DNA of 59,059 nucleotides from an uncultured Weeksellaceae bacterium (GCA_964397025.1 CAYNGO010000004.1:1-59059), one strand, 5' to 3'. Shown: positions 10,346 through 19,633, counted from the first letter of the stretch. Notes: a model not told the origin generated them from the sequence alone. A program made the numbers and translations.

Positions 10346-10367
10346 CCTCAGTAAAAATAACAATATT

Positions 10368-11252
10368 ATGTCACTTACATCAAGTAAAATACTCGTTCCA
10401 TTTGGTTTTTCTAATCAATCTAGTTTAGCATTAGATCAGGCATGTAATTTTGCCAAAATTAATAATTCAAAAATTTTTTTACTCTCTGTTCTTGAGGAAA
10501 GAAATTCGATGCAATCTCTATTTCTTGATGATAATTCTCATCAATTAAAAAAAATGGTGCATGCTAAGCTTTCGGAGATTGCTAAAGAGTTTGCTGAGAA
10601 ACATTCTCTTGAAATAGAAGTTATGGTTTCTCAGGGTAAAATTTATAATCAAATTAATGAAGTTTCAGAAATGGTTGCTGCTGATTTAATAATTATGGGT
10701 ACTACAGGTGCTCCTAAAAATAAGGTTAAACGTTTTATGGGATCAAATGCTGAGCGCGTTGTTCGATTAGCTAAATGTCCAGTAATGACAATTAAAGGAT
10801 CTGAGATTACAGAATTTTGTCGTAATATTATTTTACCTCTAGATTTAGAAAAAGAAACAAAGGAAAAGGTGACTTATGCGATAAAGTTTGCTAGAAAATG
10901 GGGTTCAACTATTCGTTTAATCTCTGTTGTATTAAGAGATAATCCAATAGTTAGAAATAAATTAATTAAGAACCTTCAACAAGTTGAGAATTTTATTAAA
11001 AATGCTGATTTATCGTGTACCTCAATTTTGCTTGAAGGGGAGAAAAAGCAGAATTTAGGTGATTTTATATTTGATTATGAAAAAGAATTTGATAATGATA
11101 TTATTATGATTATGACAAAAAAAGAAGAGTTATCATTATCAAAAAATATTAGCGTTACTGCAAGGTATATTATTAACAATTCTCCAATTCCTGTTATGAA
11201 CATCCGTCCAAAAGAACGTAAACATATTACTGGTCCAACTACTGCATTTTAA
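10368..11252 (+). CDS. Universal stress protein, tandem UspA domains
   Basis: Two Usp-like halves (ILVPFGFS...IIMGTTG...GSNAERVVRLAKCPVMT and ILPLDL...). The start was moved to the second ATG because of the promoter motif. Confidence 0.75.
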   Translation: MSLTSSKILVPFGFSNQSSLALDQACNFAKINNSKIFLLSVLEERNSMQSLFLDDNSHQLKKMVHAKLSEIAKEFAEKHSLEIEVMVSQGKIYNQINEVSEMVAADLIIMGTTGAPKNKVKRFMGSNAERVVRLAKCPVMTIKGSEITEFCRNIILPLDLEKETKEKVTYAIKFARKWGSTIRLISVVLRDNPIVRNKLIKNLQQVENFIKNADLSCTSILLEGEKKQNLGDFIFDYEKEFDNDIIMIMTKKEELSLSKNISVTARYIINNSPIPVMNIRPKERKHITGPTTAF

Positions 11253-11260
11253 AAGAAAAA

Positions 11261-12496
11261 ATGAAAGCTGAAATTATTACTATTGGTGATGAGATTCTTA
11301 TTGGTCAGATAGTAAATACAAATGCTGCATGGCTCGCTAATGCTTTGACTGAAATTGGTGTTGAATGTGTATCTATACGTACTGTTAGAGATTTGCATGA
11401 AGATATTTGTTGTGCTTTAGATGATGCATTAAAAAAAGTAGACTTAATAATTTTTACTGGTGGTTTAGGTCCAACTAATGATGATTTAACTAAAAATTCT
11501 TTATGTGAATATTTCAAAGATTTTTTAGTTGTTAATAAAGATGTTTTATATGATATTACTGCTTTTTTTAAAAAGAAAGGCAAAGAAGATATTTTAGATT
11601 TAAATACTAATCAGGCCTTAGTTCCTTCTAAGGCTAAGGTGATAAGAAATAGACTTGGGACAGCTCCAGGATTATTTTTTCAACAAAAAAATAAAAATAT
11701 TGTTGCATTTCCTGGTGTTCCATATGAAATGAAAGCTTTAATGAATCAATTTATACTTGATTTTAAAAAAGAAAATGAACTATTAAATATTGTTCAAAAA
11801 ACAATCTTTGTTAGAAATGTTCCTGAATCTGAACTTGCTTCTATTTTGAAGGAATGGGAATTAGCTATTAATAGTAATATCAAATTAGCTTATCTTCCAA
11901 GCCCTGGGTTAGTTAGATTACGTTTAAGTTGTATAGGTAAGAATAAGGATTTACTTGAGAAATTAATAAAAATAGAGCTTGATAAGTTACTTCGTATTAT
12001 TAATTTTGAAGAAGCAGAATTAGATTTAGCTGATCAGGTTTTAAAATATTTTACTAAAAAAAATGCAACTCTTTCTGTAGCTGAGAGCTGTAGTAGTGGA
12101 TTGATAGCATCTTATTTAGCTTCAAAATCTGGGTGTTCTCAATATTTTAAAGGGGGTATTATAGCGTACAATAATATTATTAAGAATGAGATACTTGATG
12201 TTGAGATGCATACAATTATAAAACACACAGCTGTTAGTAGTCAAGTAGTTTCTAAAATGGCTGAGAATGTAAGTAAGAAATTTAATTCTGAATATTCAAT
12301 TGCAACTTCTGGATATGCTGGGCCATTTGGAGGAGATGATAATAATCCTATTGGAACTGTTTATATTGCTATAAAAACTCCAGTAGATACTGTTGTCAAT
12401 AAATTCTTATTTAGTGGTGATAGATCTATTATTTTAGATCAAGTAAAATTAAAATCTTTAGAGATTTTACTACAGCAGGTAAAAAAACACAAATAA
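11261..12496 (+). CDS. cinA: CinA family protein (MoCF-binding domain plus nicotinamide-nucleotide amidohydrolase PncC domain)
   Basis: MKAEIITIGDEILIGQIVNTNAAWLA, TGGLGPTNDDLT and C-terminal LSVAESCSSGL...GTVYIA. Confidence 0.9.
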   Translation: MKAEIITIGDEILIGQIVNTNAAWLANALTEIGVECVSIRTVRDLHEDICCALDDALKKVDLIIFTGGLGPTNDDLTKNSLCEYFKDFLVVNKDVLYDITAFFKKKGKEDILDLNTNQALVPSKAKVIRNRLGTAPGLFFQQKNKNIVAFPGVPYEMKALMNQFILDFKKENELLNIVQKTIFVRNVPESELASILKEWELAINSNIKLAYLPSPGLVRLRLSCIGKNKDLLEKLIKIELDKLLRIINFEEAELDLADQVLKYFTKKNATLSVAESCSSGLIASYLASKSGCSQYFKGGIIAYNNIIKNEILDVEMHTIIKHTAVSSQVVSKMAENVSKKFNSEYSIATSGYAGPFGGDDNNPIGTVYIAIKTPVDTVVNKFLFSGDRSIILDQVKLKSLEILLQQVKKHK

Positions 12497-12521
12497 ATTT
12501 CTTACAAACAACTTTAGATTG

Positions 12522-12529
12522 TATATTTG
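12522..12529 (+). promoter_or_regulatory. -7 type promoter motif TATATTTG for rpmB
   Basis: Perfect TAnnTTTG, 21 nt upstream of ATG 12551. Confidence 0.45.
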
Positions 12530-12550
12530 CAGCCCTAAAATTGAGTAAAT

Positions 12551-12790
12551 ATGTCAAGAGTTTGTCAAATAACCGGAAAAAAAGTAATGGTAGGAAACAA
12601 TGTTTCTCACTCTAATAGAAAGACAAAGAGAAAGTTCTACCCAAATCTTCAAACAAAGAAATTTTTTGTTCCTGAAACAGGAGAGTGGATTATATTAAAA
12701 GTATCTACGAATGCACTAAGAACAATAAATAAGAATGGAATAGCTTCTGTATTATCTAAAGCTATTGAAAATGGAAATATATTAGTTTAA
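12551..12790 (+). CDS. rpmB: 50S ribosomal protein L28
   Basis: MSRVCQITGKKVMVGNNVSHSNRKTKRKFYPNLQ. Confidence 0.95.
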   Translation: MSRVCQITGKKVMVGNNVSHSNRKTKRKFYPNLQTKKFFVPETGEWIILKVSTNALRTINKNGIASVLSKAIENGNILV

Positions 12791-12807
12791 GTATAAAAAT
12801 ACTATTA

Positions 12808-12842
12808 GAAAAAAGTTGCTATCTTTGATTGCAACTTTTTTT
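12808..12842 (+). terminator. Rho-independent terminator after rpmB
   Basis: 9-bp perfect stem AAAAGTTGC (12811-12819) / GCAACTTTT (12831-12839), followed by a T-run. Confidence 0.6.
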
Positions 12843-12860
12843 ATATAAATACTTAGCTGA

Positions 12861-13394
12861 ATGAAAAATCTTATATACCTATTTACTTGTTTATCATTTA
12901 TTTCATTGATTTTCTCTTCATGTGAAAAAGAACTTCTTGGATGCATAGATCCAGTAGCTACTAATTATAATAATCTTGCTAATACTGATGATGGTTCATG
13001 CCTGTATCCAATACCTTGGCCTGAATTAGCCGCCGGTACATGGAATTTAGATCCAAATTGTGATGCAATTTCTATTCCTGTCATTGGTGATATATCTTTG
13101 AACGATCAGATGCCTTCTTCTGTAGATGTTCAATCTGGTGGAAATGGCGTTTTATTTATTGATTTTGATGGATCTCAAATAGAAGGAACTATTGATGATA
13201 ATGGTAATATTTCTGTAAATCCAGTAACAATTTCAATAGATGCAACAGGAACAGGAATCCCTGTGGATGTAGACGTTGTAGGAGATGGCCAAATTACATC
13301 TGAAAATACAGGAACAATGGACTTTACATTTTCAGGAAATATCTCTGGATTATTTCCTTTTTCAAGTGATTGCAACATGATTTTAACTAAATAA
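12861..13394 (+). CDS. Hypothetical lipoprotein with an N-terminal two-Cys CxDPxAxNY...DDGSCxY module
   Basis: Lipobox LIFSSC. It is a paralogue of the next gene (GTWNLDPNC / GEWQFNSNC; ITSENTGTMDFTFSG / FTSANEGVMDLTFSE; C-terminal conserved Cys). Confidence 0.6.
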   Translation: MKNLIYLFTCLSFISLIFSSCEKELLGCIDPVATNYNNLANTDDGSCLYPIPWPELAAGTWNLDPNCDAISIPVIGDISLNDQMPSSVDVQSGGNGVLFIDFDGSQIEGTIDDNGNISVNPVTISIDATGTGIPVDVDVVGDGQITSENTGTMDFTFSGNISGLFPFSSDCNMILTK

Positions 13395-13402
13395 ATAAAA
13401 AT

Positions 13403-13888
13403 ATGAAAAACATAAATTATAATATCCTTCTACTCATTATATCAACTTCCGTTTTGTTTTTATCTTCTTGTGGTGGAGGAAGTAGTGATGTTGATCCAGT
13501 ATATACATTTAATCCAAATAATATTGTTGGAGAATGGCAGTTTAATTCAAATTGTACTGAGTATCCAAATCCATTAAACGGTGGTGCTGATACTATTTTT
13601 CTAGATAATGAACTTCCAGATTCTATTACAGTTTTTTCAAATTCTAGTGATACTTTATTTATTGAAGCTGGTTCTAATAATTTAAATGCTACTGTTAATT
13701 CAACTGGTGATTTTGCTATTGGTTTTCAGCAATTTAGAGCATATGTAGATGCTTTTTCAGATACTATTACTATATTTATTGAAGGTACAGGTAGTTTTAC
13801 TTCTGCAAATGAAGGAGTTATGGATCTTACTTTTTCTGAGCCATTGCTTCAAGCAGAGATAAATTGTTCTATTAATATTTCCAAATAG
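13403..13888 (+). CDS. Hypothetical lipoprotein, paralogue of the preceding gene
   Basis: Lipobox LFLSSCGGGS. Collinear similarity to 12861..13394 as listed there. Confidence 0.6.
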   Translation: MKNINYNILLLIISTSVLFLSSCGGGSSDVDPVYTFNPNNIVGEWQFNSNCTEYPNPLNGGADTIFLDNELPDSITVFSNSSDTLFIEAGSNNLNATVNSTGDFAIGFQQFRAYVDAFSDTITIFIEGTGSFTSANEGVMDLTFSEPLLQAEINCSINISK

Positions 13889-13934
13889 TAATAATATTTA
13901 AGTAGTTTATTATTCTTAATAAGTAAATCATATA

Positions 13935-15578
13935 ATGAGATTTCTTTTATTACTATCTATAATCTCATTAGAAATATTTCCTCAAGATTTTAATCGCTCT
14001 GATAGTTTGCGTGGTAATTTATCATCTTTAAGATCTTGTTATGATGTGAATTACTATGATTTAAATATTGTTATTGATGATAAAAATAAAAAGATAAGTA
14101 ATTCATTTAATATCATTCATTTTACTGCGCTTAATAACTTTCAAAACTTACAAATTGATTTGTTTAGTAATTTAAACATATTAAGTATTGAGTTTGAAAA
14201 TATATTATTAAGTTTCACAAGAGATCATAATGCAGTTTTTATAGATTTTCCAAGAGTGATTCTTACTGATGAGGTATTAAGTTTTACTGTATCTTATAAT
14301 GGTGAGCCAAGAGAAGCTGTAAACCCCCCATGGGATGGTGGTTTTTCTTGGGAAAATGATAATAATAGTTTGCCCTGGATTGGTGTTTCTTGTCAAGGAT
14401 TAGGAGCTAGTTCATGGTGGCCTTGTAAAGATCATCAATCTGATGAACCTGATAGTATGAAAATTACATGTTCAGTAAGAAAACCCTTACAAGTTATCTC
14501 TAATGGTAATTTAATTAATGATACTATTGTCTATAATAAAGATCTCAATAGTTTAACTACAAAAAGTTCGTGGTTTGTATCATATCCCATAAATTCATAT
14601 AATGTAACTTTATGTATTGGAGATTATTCTCATTTTAATGATATTTATATAAATCAGGAAGATACTCTTGATTTAGATTACTACGTTCTTTCTTATAACA
14701 AAAAGAAAGCAATGAAGCATTTTAAGCAGGTTAAGCCAATGTTAGCGTGTTTTGAGAAATATTTTGGTCCTTATCCATTTTGGAGTGATGGATATGCCCT
14801 GGTGGAAACTCCATATCTAGGTATGGAGCATCAATCTGCTATTGCCTATGGTAATAATTTTTTACATGGATATAATGGTAATACAAAATTTACAGCAGGA
14901 TTTGATTTTGATTATATTATTATTCATGAAACTGGTCATGAGTGGTGGGGTAATAGTATTTCAACAAATGATATAGCTGATATGTGGATCCATGAAGGTT
15001 TTTGTACATATTCTGAAGTTCTTTATGTAGAGTGTATATATGGTTATGACGCTATGCTTAAATATGTTAATAATCAAAAAAAAAGTGTTCGTAATGATAA
15101 ACCAATAGTTGGTCCTTATAACGTAAATAGAAGGGGTAGTAATGATATGTATCAAAAGGCTTCTTTAATGCTTCATACTTTAAGAAGTGTAATTGATAAT
15201 GATTCTTTATGGTTTGCTTTAATTGAAGGAATCTCACATGAATTTAAGCATAAAACTATTGATGGTATTGATGTAATTAACTATATAAACTCAGTACTTC
15301 AAAGAGATTTTTCTACTTTCTTTAATCAGTATTTATATAATAAAAATCTTCCAGTATTAGAATATAAAATAAAAAGTAATGGTAGTTATTATTCTGTAAT
15401 GTATAGATGGGATGCTGTCAGTGATTTTGAAATGAGAATCCAAGTAAATAATGGTACTAATAACATTTGGATTACTCCAAATAATTCATGGCAAGAGTTG
15501 TCATTAGACCTCATAGATATTAAAGATTTTAGTGTAAGAAAAGATTTATTTTTTATAGAAACAAAAAAGATTAAGTAG
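13935..15578 (+). CDS. M1-family zinc metallopeptidase (aminopeptidase N-like), secreted
   Basis: Signal peptide. LGMEHQ is a GxMEN-type exopeptidase motif. HETGHEWWGN-x-WIHEGF is the HEXXH-18-E gluzincin signature. Confidence 0.85.
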   Translation: MRFLLLLSIISLEIFPQDFNRSDSLRGNLSSLRSCYDVNYYDLNIVIDDKNKKISNSFNIIHFTALNNFQNLQIDLFSNLNILSIEFENILLSFTRDHNAVFIDFPRVILTDEVLSFTVSYNGEPREAVNPPWDGGFSWENDNNSLPWIGVSCQGLGASSWWPCKDHQSDEPDSMKITCSVRKPLQVISNGNLINDTIVYNKDLNSLTTKSSWFVSYPINSYNVTLCIGDYSHFNDIYINQEDTLDLDYYVLSYNKKKAMKHFKQVKPMLACFEKYFGPYPFWSDGYALVETPYLGMEHQSAIAYGNNFLHGYNGNTKFTAGFDFDYIIIHETGHEWWGNSISTNDIADMWIHEGFCTYSEVLYVECIYGYDAMLKYVNNQKKSVRNDKPIVGPYNVNRRGSNDMYQKASLMLHTLRSVIDNDSLWFALIEGISHEFKHKTIDGIDVINYINSVLQRDFSTFFNQYLYNKNLPVLEYKIKSNGSYYSVMYRWDAVSDFEMRIQVNNGTNNIWITPNNSWQELSLDLIDIKDFSVRKDLFFIETKKIK

Positions 15579-15603
15579 TTGTATTGATTTTATAAAATTT
15601 AAT

Positions 15604-15611
15604 TAAATTTG
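15604..15611 (+). promoter_or_regulatory. -7 type promoter motif TAAATTTG for rpmG
   Basis: Perfect TAnnTTTG, 21 nt upstream of ATG 15633. Confidence 0.45.
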
Positions 15612-15632
15612 CAATCCAATAAATAATAGAAT

Positions 15633-15815
15633 ATGGCAAAGAAAGGAAACAGAGTTCAGGTAATATTAGAATGTACCGAGCACAAGGCAAGTGGAAAGCC
15701 AGGTACTTCTCGCTATATTTCAACTAAGAACAAGAAAAATACTCCTGATAGACTAGAGTTAAAGAAATTTAATCCTATTCTTAAGAAAATGACTATTCAT
15801 AAGGAGATAAAATAA
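15633..15815 (+). CDS. rpmG: 50S ribosomal protein L33
   Basis: [17 protein letters not shown]...[23 protein letters not shown]. Confidence 0.95.
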   Translation: MAKKGNRVQVILECTEHKASGKPGTSRYISTKNKKNTPDRLELKKFNPILKKMTIHKEIK

Positions 15816-15821
15816 TAAGAA

Positions 15822-15977
15822 ATGGCTAAAAAAACAGTAGCATCATTACAGAAAAAAGGAGCAAAAGCTTTTACTAAAGCTGTTAAAATGATTAAAAACG
15901 AGAAAACAGGTGCTTATTCTTATAAAACAGAGATTGTCCCTAAAGATAAAGTAAATGATTTTTTTGCAAAAAAATAA
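15822..15977 (+). CDS. DUF4295 small basic protein (51 aa), the usual partner of rpmG in Bacteroidota
   Basis: My own translation gives MAKKTVASLQKKGAKAFTKAVKMIKNEKTGAYSYKTEIVPKDKVNDFFAKK. It is too short for the supplied ORF track. Position and sequence fit the DUF4295 family as I recall it. Confidence 0.75.
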   Translation: MAKKTVASLQKKGAKAFTKAVKMIKNEKTGAYSYKTEIVPKDKVNDFFAKK

Positions 15978-15998
15978 TTTTAATTCACAGATGTAATC

Positions 15999-16035
15999 AA
16001 AGCTTCTTTCTATATTTGAAAGAAGCTTTTTTTTT
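15999..16035 (+). terminator. Rho-independent terminator after the rpmG-DUF4295 unit
   Basis: 12-bp perfect stem AAAGCTTCTTTC / GAAAGAAGCTTT with a 7-nt loop, then a T-run to 16035. Confidence 0.75.
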
Positions 16036-16051
16036 AATATAAAAATCAATT

Positions 16052-17041
16052 ATGGCATTCTTTAATAAAATAAAAATTTTTTTTACTAAATCAGAGGAAG
16101 AGAATGCTTCAAATATATTATCCAAGAAAACTAAATTAAATGCAGGATTAGAAAAAACTAAATCTAGCTTATTTGAAAAAATATCAAGGACTGTTGTTGG
16201 GAAATCAAAAATTGATGAAGATGACTTAGATGATATTGAAGAGATTTTAATTACATCTGATATTGGAGTTGAAACTACATTAAAGATTATTGAAAAACTT
16301 GAATTACGAGTTGAAAAAGAAAAATATATTAATTCTGATGAACTATATAATATCTTAAAAAATGAGATTTCAAGTTTACTTATTAGTAGTTCAAATATTG
16401 ATAATAATATTGATTCTGAAAATAATGATCCATATGTTATTATGGTAGTTGGAGTAAATGGAGTTGGAAAAACAACTACTATTGGTAAATTAGCTTATAA
16501 ATTTAAAAAATCAGGTTTAAAAGTTATTCTTGGAGCAGCTGATACTTTCAGAGCTGCTGCCATTGATCAATTAGTTATATGGGCTAATAGGGTGGGAGTT
16601 GAAATTGTTAAACAAGATATGGGCTCTGATCCTGCTTCTGTTGCATTTGACACTTTACAGTCTGCTAAATCTAAAAATGCAGATGTTGTTATAATTGACA
16701 CAGCAGGTAGATTGCATAACAAAGTAAATTTGATGAATGAATTAGCAAAGATTAAAAATGTTATGAATAAAGTAATTCCAAATGCTCCTCATGATGTGAT
16801 GCTTGTATTAGATGCATCTACTGGTCAGAATGCAATAGAACAAGCTAAACAGTTCTCTGCTGTTACTCAAGTTAATTCTCTAGCACTAACAAAACTTGAT
16901 GGTACTGCTAAAGGTGGTGTTGTGATTGGTATATCTGATCAGTTAAAAATTCCAGTTAGATATATTGGAGTTGGAGAGACTCTCGAGGATTTGCAGATAT
17001 TTAATAAAGAAGATTTTGTAGAAGCATTATTTACTAATTAA
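16052..17041 (+). CDS. ftsY: Signal recognition particle receptor FtsY
   Basis: SRP GTPase NG domain: GVNGVGKTTTIGKLA, DTAGRL, TKLDGTAKGG. Confidence 0.95.
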   Translation: MAFFNKIKIFFTKSEEENASNILSKKTKLNAGLEKTKSSLFEKISRTVVGKSKIDEDDLDDIEEILITSDIGVETTLKIIEKLELRVEKEKYINSDELYNILKNEISSLLISSSNIDNNIDSENNDPYVIMVVGVNGVGKTTTIGKLAYKFKKSGLKVILGAADTFRAAAIDQLVIWANRVGVEIVKQDMGSDPASVAFDTLQSAKSKNADVVIIDTAGRLHNKVNLMNELAKIKNVMNKVIPNAPHDVMLVLDASTGQNAIEQAKQFSAVTQVNSLALTKLDGTAKGGVVIGISDQLKIPVRYIGVGETLEDLQIFNKEDFVEALFTN

Positions 17042-17054
17042 TAATTGAAATATT

Positions 17055-17062
17055 TATTTTTG
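17055..17062 (+). promoter_or_regulatory. -7 type promoter motif TATTTTTG for ffh
   Basis: Perfect TAnnTTTG, 19 nt upstream of ATG 17082. Confidence 0.4.
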
Positions 17063-17081
17063 TTAACTAAATTTAACTATC

Positions 17082-18422
17082 ATGTTTGAAAATTTATCAG
17101 AAAAACTCGACAAAGCTTTTAAAGTATTAAAAGGCCAGGGCAACATATCTGAAATCAATGTAGCTCAAACAATGAAGGAAATTCGTAAGGCATTAATCTC
17201 TGCTGATGTAGATTTTAAAACTGCCAAAGAATTTACTACTAGCGTAAGAGAGAAAGCGTTGGGGCAAGAGGTTCTTTTATCATTAAAACCTGGAGAACTA
17301 CTTACAAAAATAATGAAAGATGAGCTTGCCTCTTTAATGGGTAGTAAATCTGTTGAAATAAATTTAAACTCCAAACCTTCTATTATTCTAGTAGCAGGCC
17401 TTCAGGGCTCTGGTAAAACTACATTTTGCGGTAAATTAGCTCTCTATCTCAAGACAAAAAATAAAAAAAATCCCCTTTTAGTTGCTTGTGATATTTATCG
17501 ACCTGCAGCAATTGATCAAATCACAGTTCTAGCAGAACAAATATCAGCTGATGTTTATAAAGAAGTAGATAATAAAGATCCTATTCTTATTTCAAAAAAT
17601 GCAATTGATTATGCTAAGCAAAATAATAATGATGTTATTATAATTGATACAGCAGGACGTTTAGCTGTTGATAATACAATGATGACTGAGATTTCAAATA
17701 TTAAATCACATATAAAACCAGATGAGATTCTTTTTGTAGTTGATTCAATGACAGGTCAGGATGCTGTTAATACAGCAAAAGCTTTTAATGATCAGTTAAA
17801 TTTTGATGGAGTTGTTTTAACCAAGCTTGATGGTGATACTAGAGGAGGGGCTGCTTTAACAATTCGTTCTGTTGTTGATAAGCCTATTAAGTTTATTGGT
17901 ACCTCAGAAAAAATGGAAGGACTTGATGTTTTTCATCCTGATAGAATGGCAAGTAGAATTTTAGGTATGGGTGATGTTATTTCTCTTGTTGAGCGTGCTC
18001 AACAACAGTTTGATGAACAGGAAGCTCGAAAGATCCAGAAAAAAATTGCAAAAAATACATTTGGATTTGATGACTTTTTAAGTCAAATCCAACAAATAAA
18101 AAAAATGGGTAATATTAAAGATTTAGCTGGAATGATTCCTGGAGTTGGTAAAGCAATAAAAGATGTAGATATTGAAGATGATGCTTTTAAAGGAATTGAA
18201 TCTATAATTTATTCTATGACTCCTTTTGAGAGAAGTAATCCAAATGTTTTAAATGGTAGTAGAAAAAAAAGAATTGCTTTAGGTAGTGGGACTAATGTTC
18301 AAGATATTAATCAGCTTATTAAACAATTTAGTCAGATGAGTAAAATGATGAAGATGATGCAAGGTGGAGGTGCATCAAAAATGATGGAGATGATGAAAGG
18401 AAATAATATGCCAAAAATGTAA
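17082..18422 (+). CDS. ffh: Signal recognition particle protein Ffh
   Basis: GLQGSGKTTFCGKLA, DTAGRL, TKLDGDTRGGAALT and a Met-rich M domain. Confidence 0.97.
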   Translation: MFENLSEKLDKAFKVLKGQGNISEINVAQTMKEIRKALISADVDFKTAKEFTTSVREKALGQEVLLSLKPGELLTKIMKDELASLMGSKSVEINLNSKPSIILVAGLQGSGKTTFCGKLALYLKTKNKKNPLLVACDIYRPAAIDQITVLAEQISADVYKEVDNKDPILISKNAIDYAKQNNNDVIIIDTAGRLAVDNTMMTEISNIKSHIKPDEILFVVDSMTGQDAVNTAKAFNDQLNFDGVVLTKLDGDTRGGAALTIRSVVDKPIKFIGTSEKMEGLDVFHPDRMASRILGMGDVISLVERAQQQFDEQEARKIQKKIAKNTFGFDDFLSQIQQIKKMGNIKDLAGMIPGVGKAIKDVDIEDDAFKGIESIIYSMTPFERSNPNVLNGSRKKRIALGSGTNVQDINQLIKQFSQMSKMMKMMQGGGASKMMEMMKGNNMPKM

Positions 18423-18423
18423 T

Positions 18424-19299
18424 ATGATAATTTTAGACGGAAAAAAAACTTCAAGCGATATTAAAAATGAAATAGCTGCTGAAGTTATTAATTTAATTGA
18501 TAAGGGAATGAAAACCCCTCATCTTGCTGCCATACTTGTTGGTAATAATGGAGCTAGTGAAACCTATGTGAATGCTAAGGTAAAAGCCTGTAATAGAGTT
18601 GGTTATGATTCAACTTTAGTTCGATTAGATGAGAGGATTTCAGAAGAGTCTTTAGTAGAGGAGATTATTAAAATTAATAAAAATGATAGTATTGATGGTT
18701 TAATTGTTCAATTACCATTGCCAAAGCATATTAATGAAAAGAAAATAATTAATACAATTAGTATAGAAAAGGATGTTGATGGTTTTCATCCATTAAATAT
18801 TGGTAATATGACTCTTAATCTTCCTTCTTTTGTTCCTGCAACTCCTGCTGGTATTTTGGAATTATTGGATAGATATAAAATTGAAACATTAGGTAAGAAT
18901 TGTGTAGTTCTTGGACGAAGCCATATTGTTGGTTTACCGGTTAGTATTCTTATGGCTAGAAATAATCAGCCGGGAAATTCTACTGTTACCATTGTTCATA
19001 GCAAATCAAAAAATATTAAAGATATTTGTCGTAATGCAGATATACTGATTGTGGCTTTAGGTATTGCTAATTTTGTAACTAAAGATATGGTTAAAGAAGG
19101 AGTGTGTATCATTGATGTAGGAATAACTCGTGTTAAATCTGATAAAACTAAATCTGGATGGAAACTCATTGGAGATGTTGATTTTGAAAATGTTCGTGAT
19201 AAATGTAGCTACATTACTCCTGTTCCAGGTGGAGTTGGACCAATGACAATCGCAATGTTGTTAAAAAATACTTTATTAGCATCAAAATCAAAGATTTAG
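18424..19299 (+). CDS. folD: Bifunctional methylenetetrahydrofolate dehydrogenase/cyclohydrolase FolD
   Basis: ETYVNAKVKAC, VQLPLP, DVDGFHP, GRSHIVGLP and PVPGGVGPMT. Confidence 0.95.
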   Translation: MIILDGKKTSSDIKNEIAAEVINLIDKGMKTPHLAAILVGNNGASETYVNAKVKACNRVGYDSTLVRLDERISEESLVEEIIKINKNDSIDGLIVQLPLPKHINEKKIINTISIEKDVDGFHPLNIGNMTLNLPSFVPATPAGILELLDRYKIETLGKNCVVLGRSHIVGLPVSILMARNNQPGNSTVTIVHSKSKNIKDICRNADILIVALGIANFVTKDMVKEGVCIIDVGITRVKSDKTKSGWKLIGDVDFENVRDKCSYITPVPGGVGPMTIAMLLKNTLLASKSKI

Positions 19300-19320
19300 T
19301 TGCTATATCATTAATTTAAT

Positions 19321-19328
19321 TATATTTG
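19321..19328 (+). promoter_or_regulatory. -7 type promoter motif TATATTTG for the cold-shock gene
   Basis: Perfect TAnnTTTG, 53 nt upstream of ATG 19382. This is the longest leader among the motif-bearing genes here. Confidence 0.4.
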
Positions 19329-19381
19329 CAAAGTTTTGTGGGGTTGTTCCCACTAGTATTAATTAATAATAATAAACAATT

Positions 19382-19579
19382 ATGGAAGGAACAGTAAAAT
19401 GGTTTAACTCTAGCAAAGGTTATGGTTTTATCGAAGGTTCAGATGGAACTGATTACTTTGCACATTTTCAAGAAATTCAATCTGAAGGCTATAAAACTCT
19501 TAAAGAGGGTTCTGCAGTTTCATTTGAAGCAGCAGAAGGTGAAAAAGGACCAGTTGCAAAGAATATTGTAGATGCTTAA
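19382..19579 (+). CDS. Cold-shock domain protein (CspA family)
   Basis: [15 protein letters not shown] (RNP1) and DYFAHF (RNP2). Confidence 0.95.
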   Translation: MEGTVKWFNSSKGYGFIEGSDGTDYFAHFQEIQSEGYKTLKEGSAVSFEAAEGEKGPVAKNIVDA

Positions 19580-19603
19580 TAGAAGTATTTAATTTACAAT
19601 TAT

Positions 19604-19633
19604 AAAAACGGACTTTTTAGTCCGTTTTTTTTT
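19604..19633. terminator. Bidirectional hairpin terminator between csp and uvrB
   Basis: ACGGACT (19608-19614) / AGTCCGT (19619-19625), flanked by an A-run and a T-run. The right arm encodes the last codons of uvrB. Confidence 0.7.

Noticed and set aside
10335-10367. The longer N-terminus of the Usp gene (MYFCLSKNNNI...)
   Set aside because: The TATTTTTG promoter motif lies within it (10338-10345). The second ATG (10368) has the typical spacing of about 20 nt.
15846-16049. 67-aa minus-strand ORF from the supplied track
   Set aside because: It lies antisense to the well-supported DUF4295 gene (15822-15977) and runs across the 12-bp-stem terminator. Its sequence is low-complexity and Phe/Ile/Lys-rich, typical of AT-rich shadow frames.
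19329-19381. A small hairpin GTGGG-GTTGTT-CCCAC in the csp 5' leader, as an RNA thermosensor
   Set aside because: The stem is only 5 bp. cspA-type thermosensing involves much longer leaders. There is no support beyond analogy.
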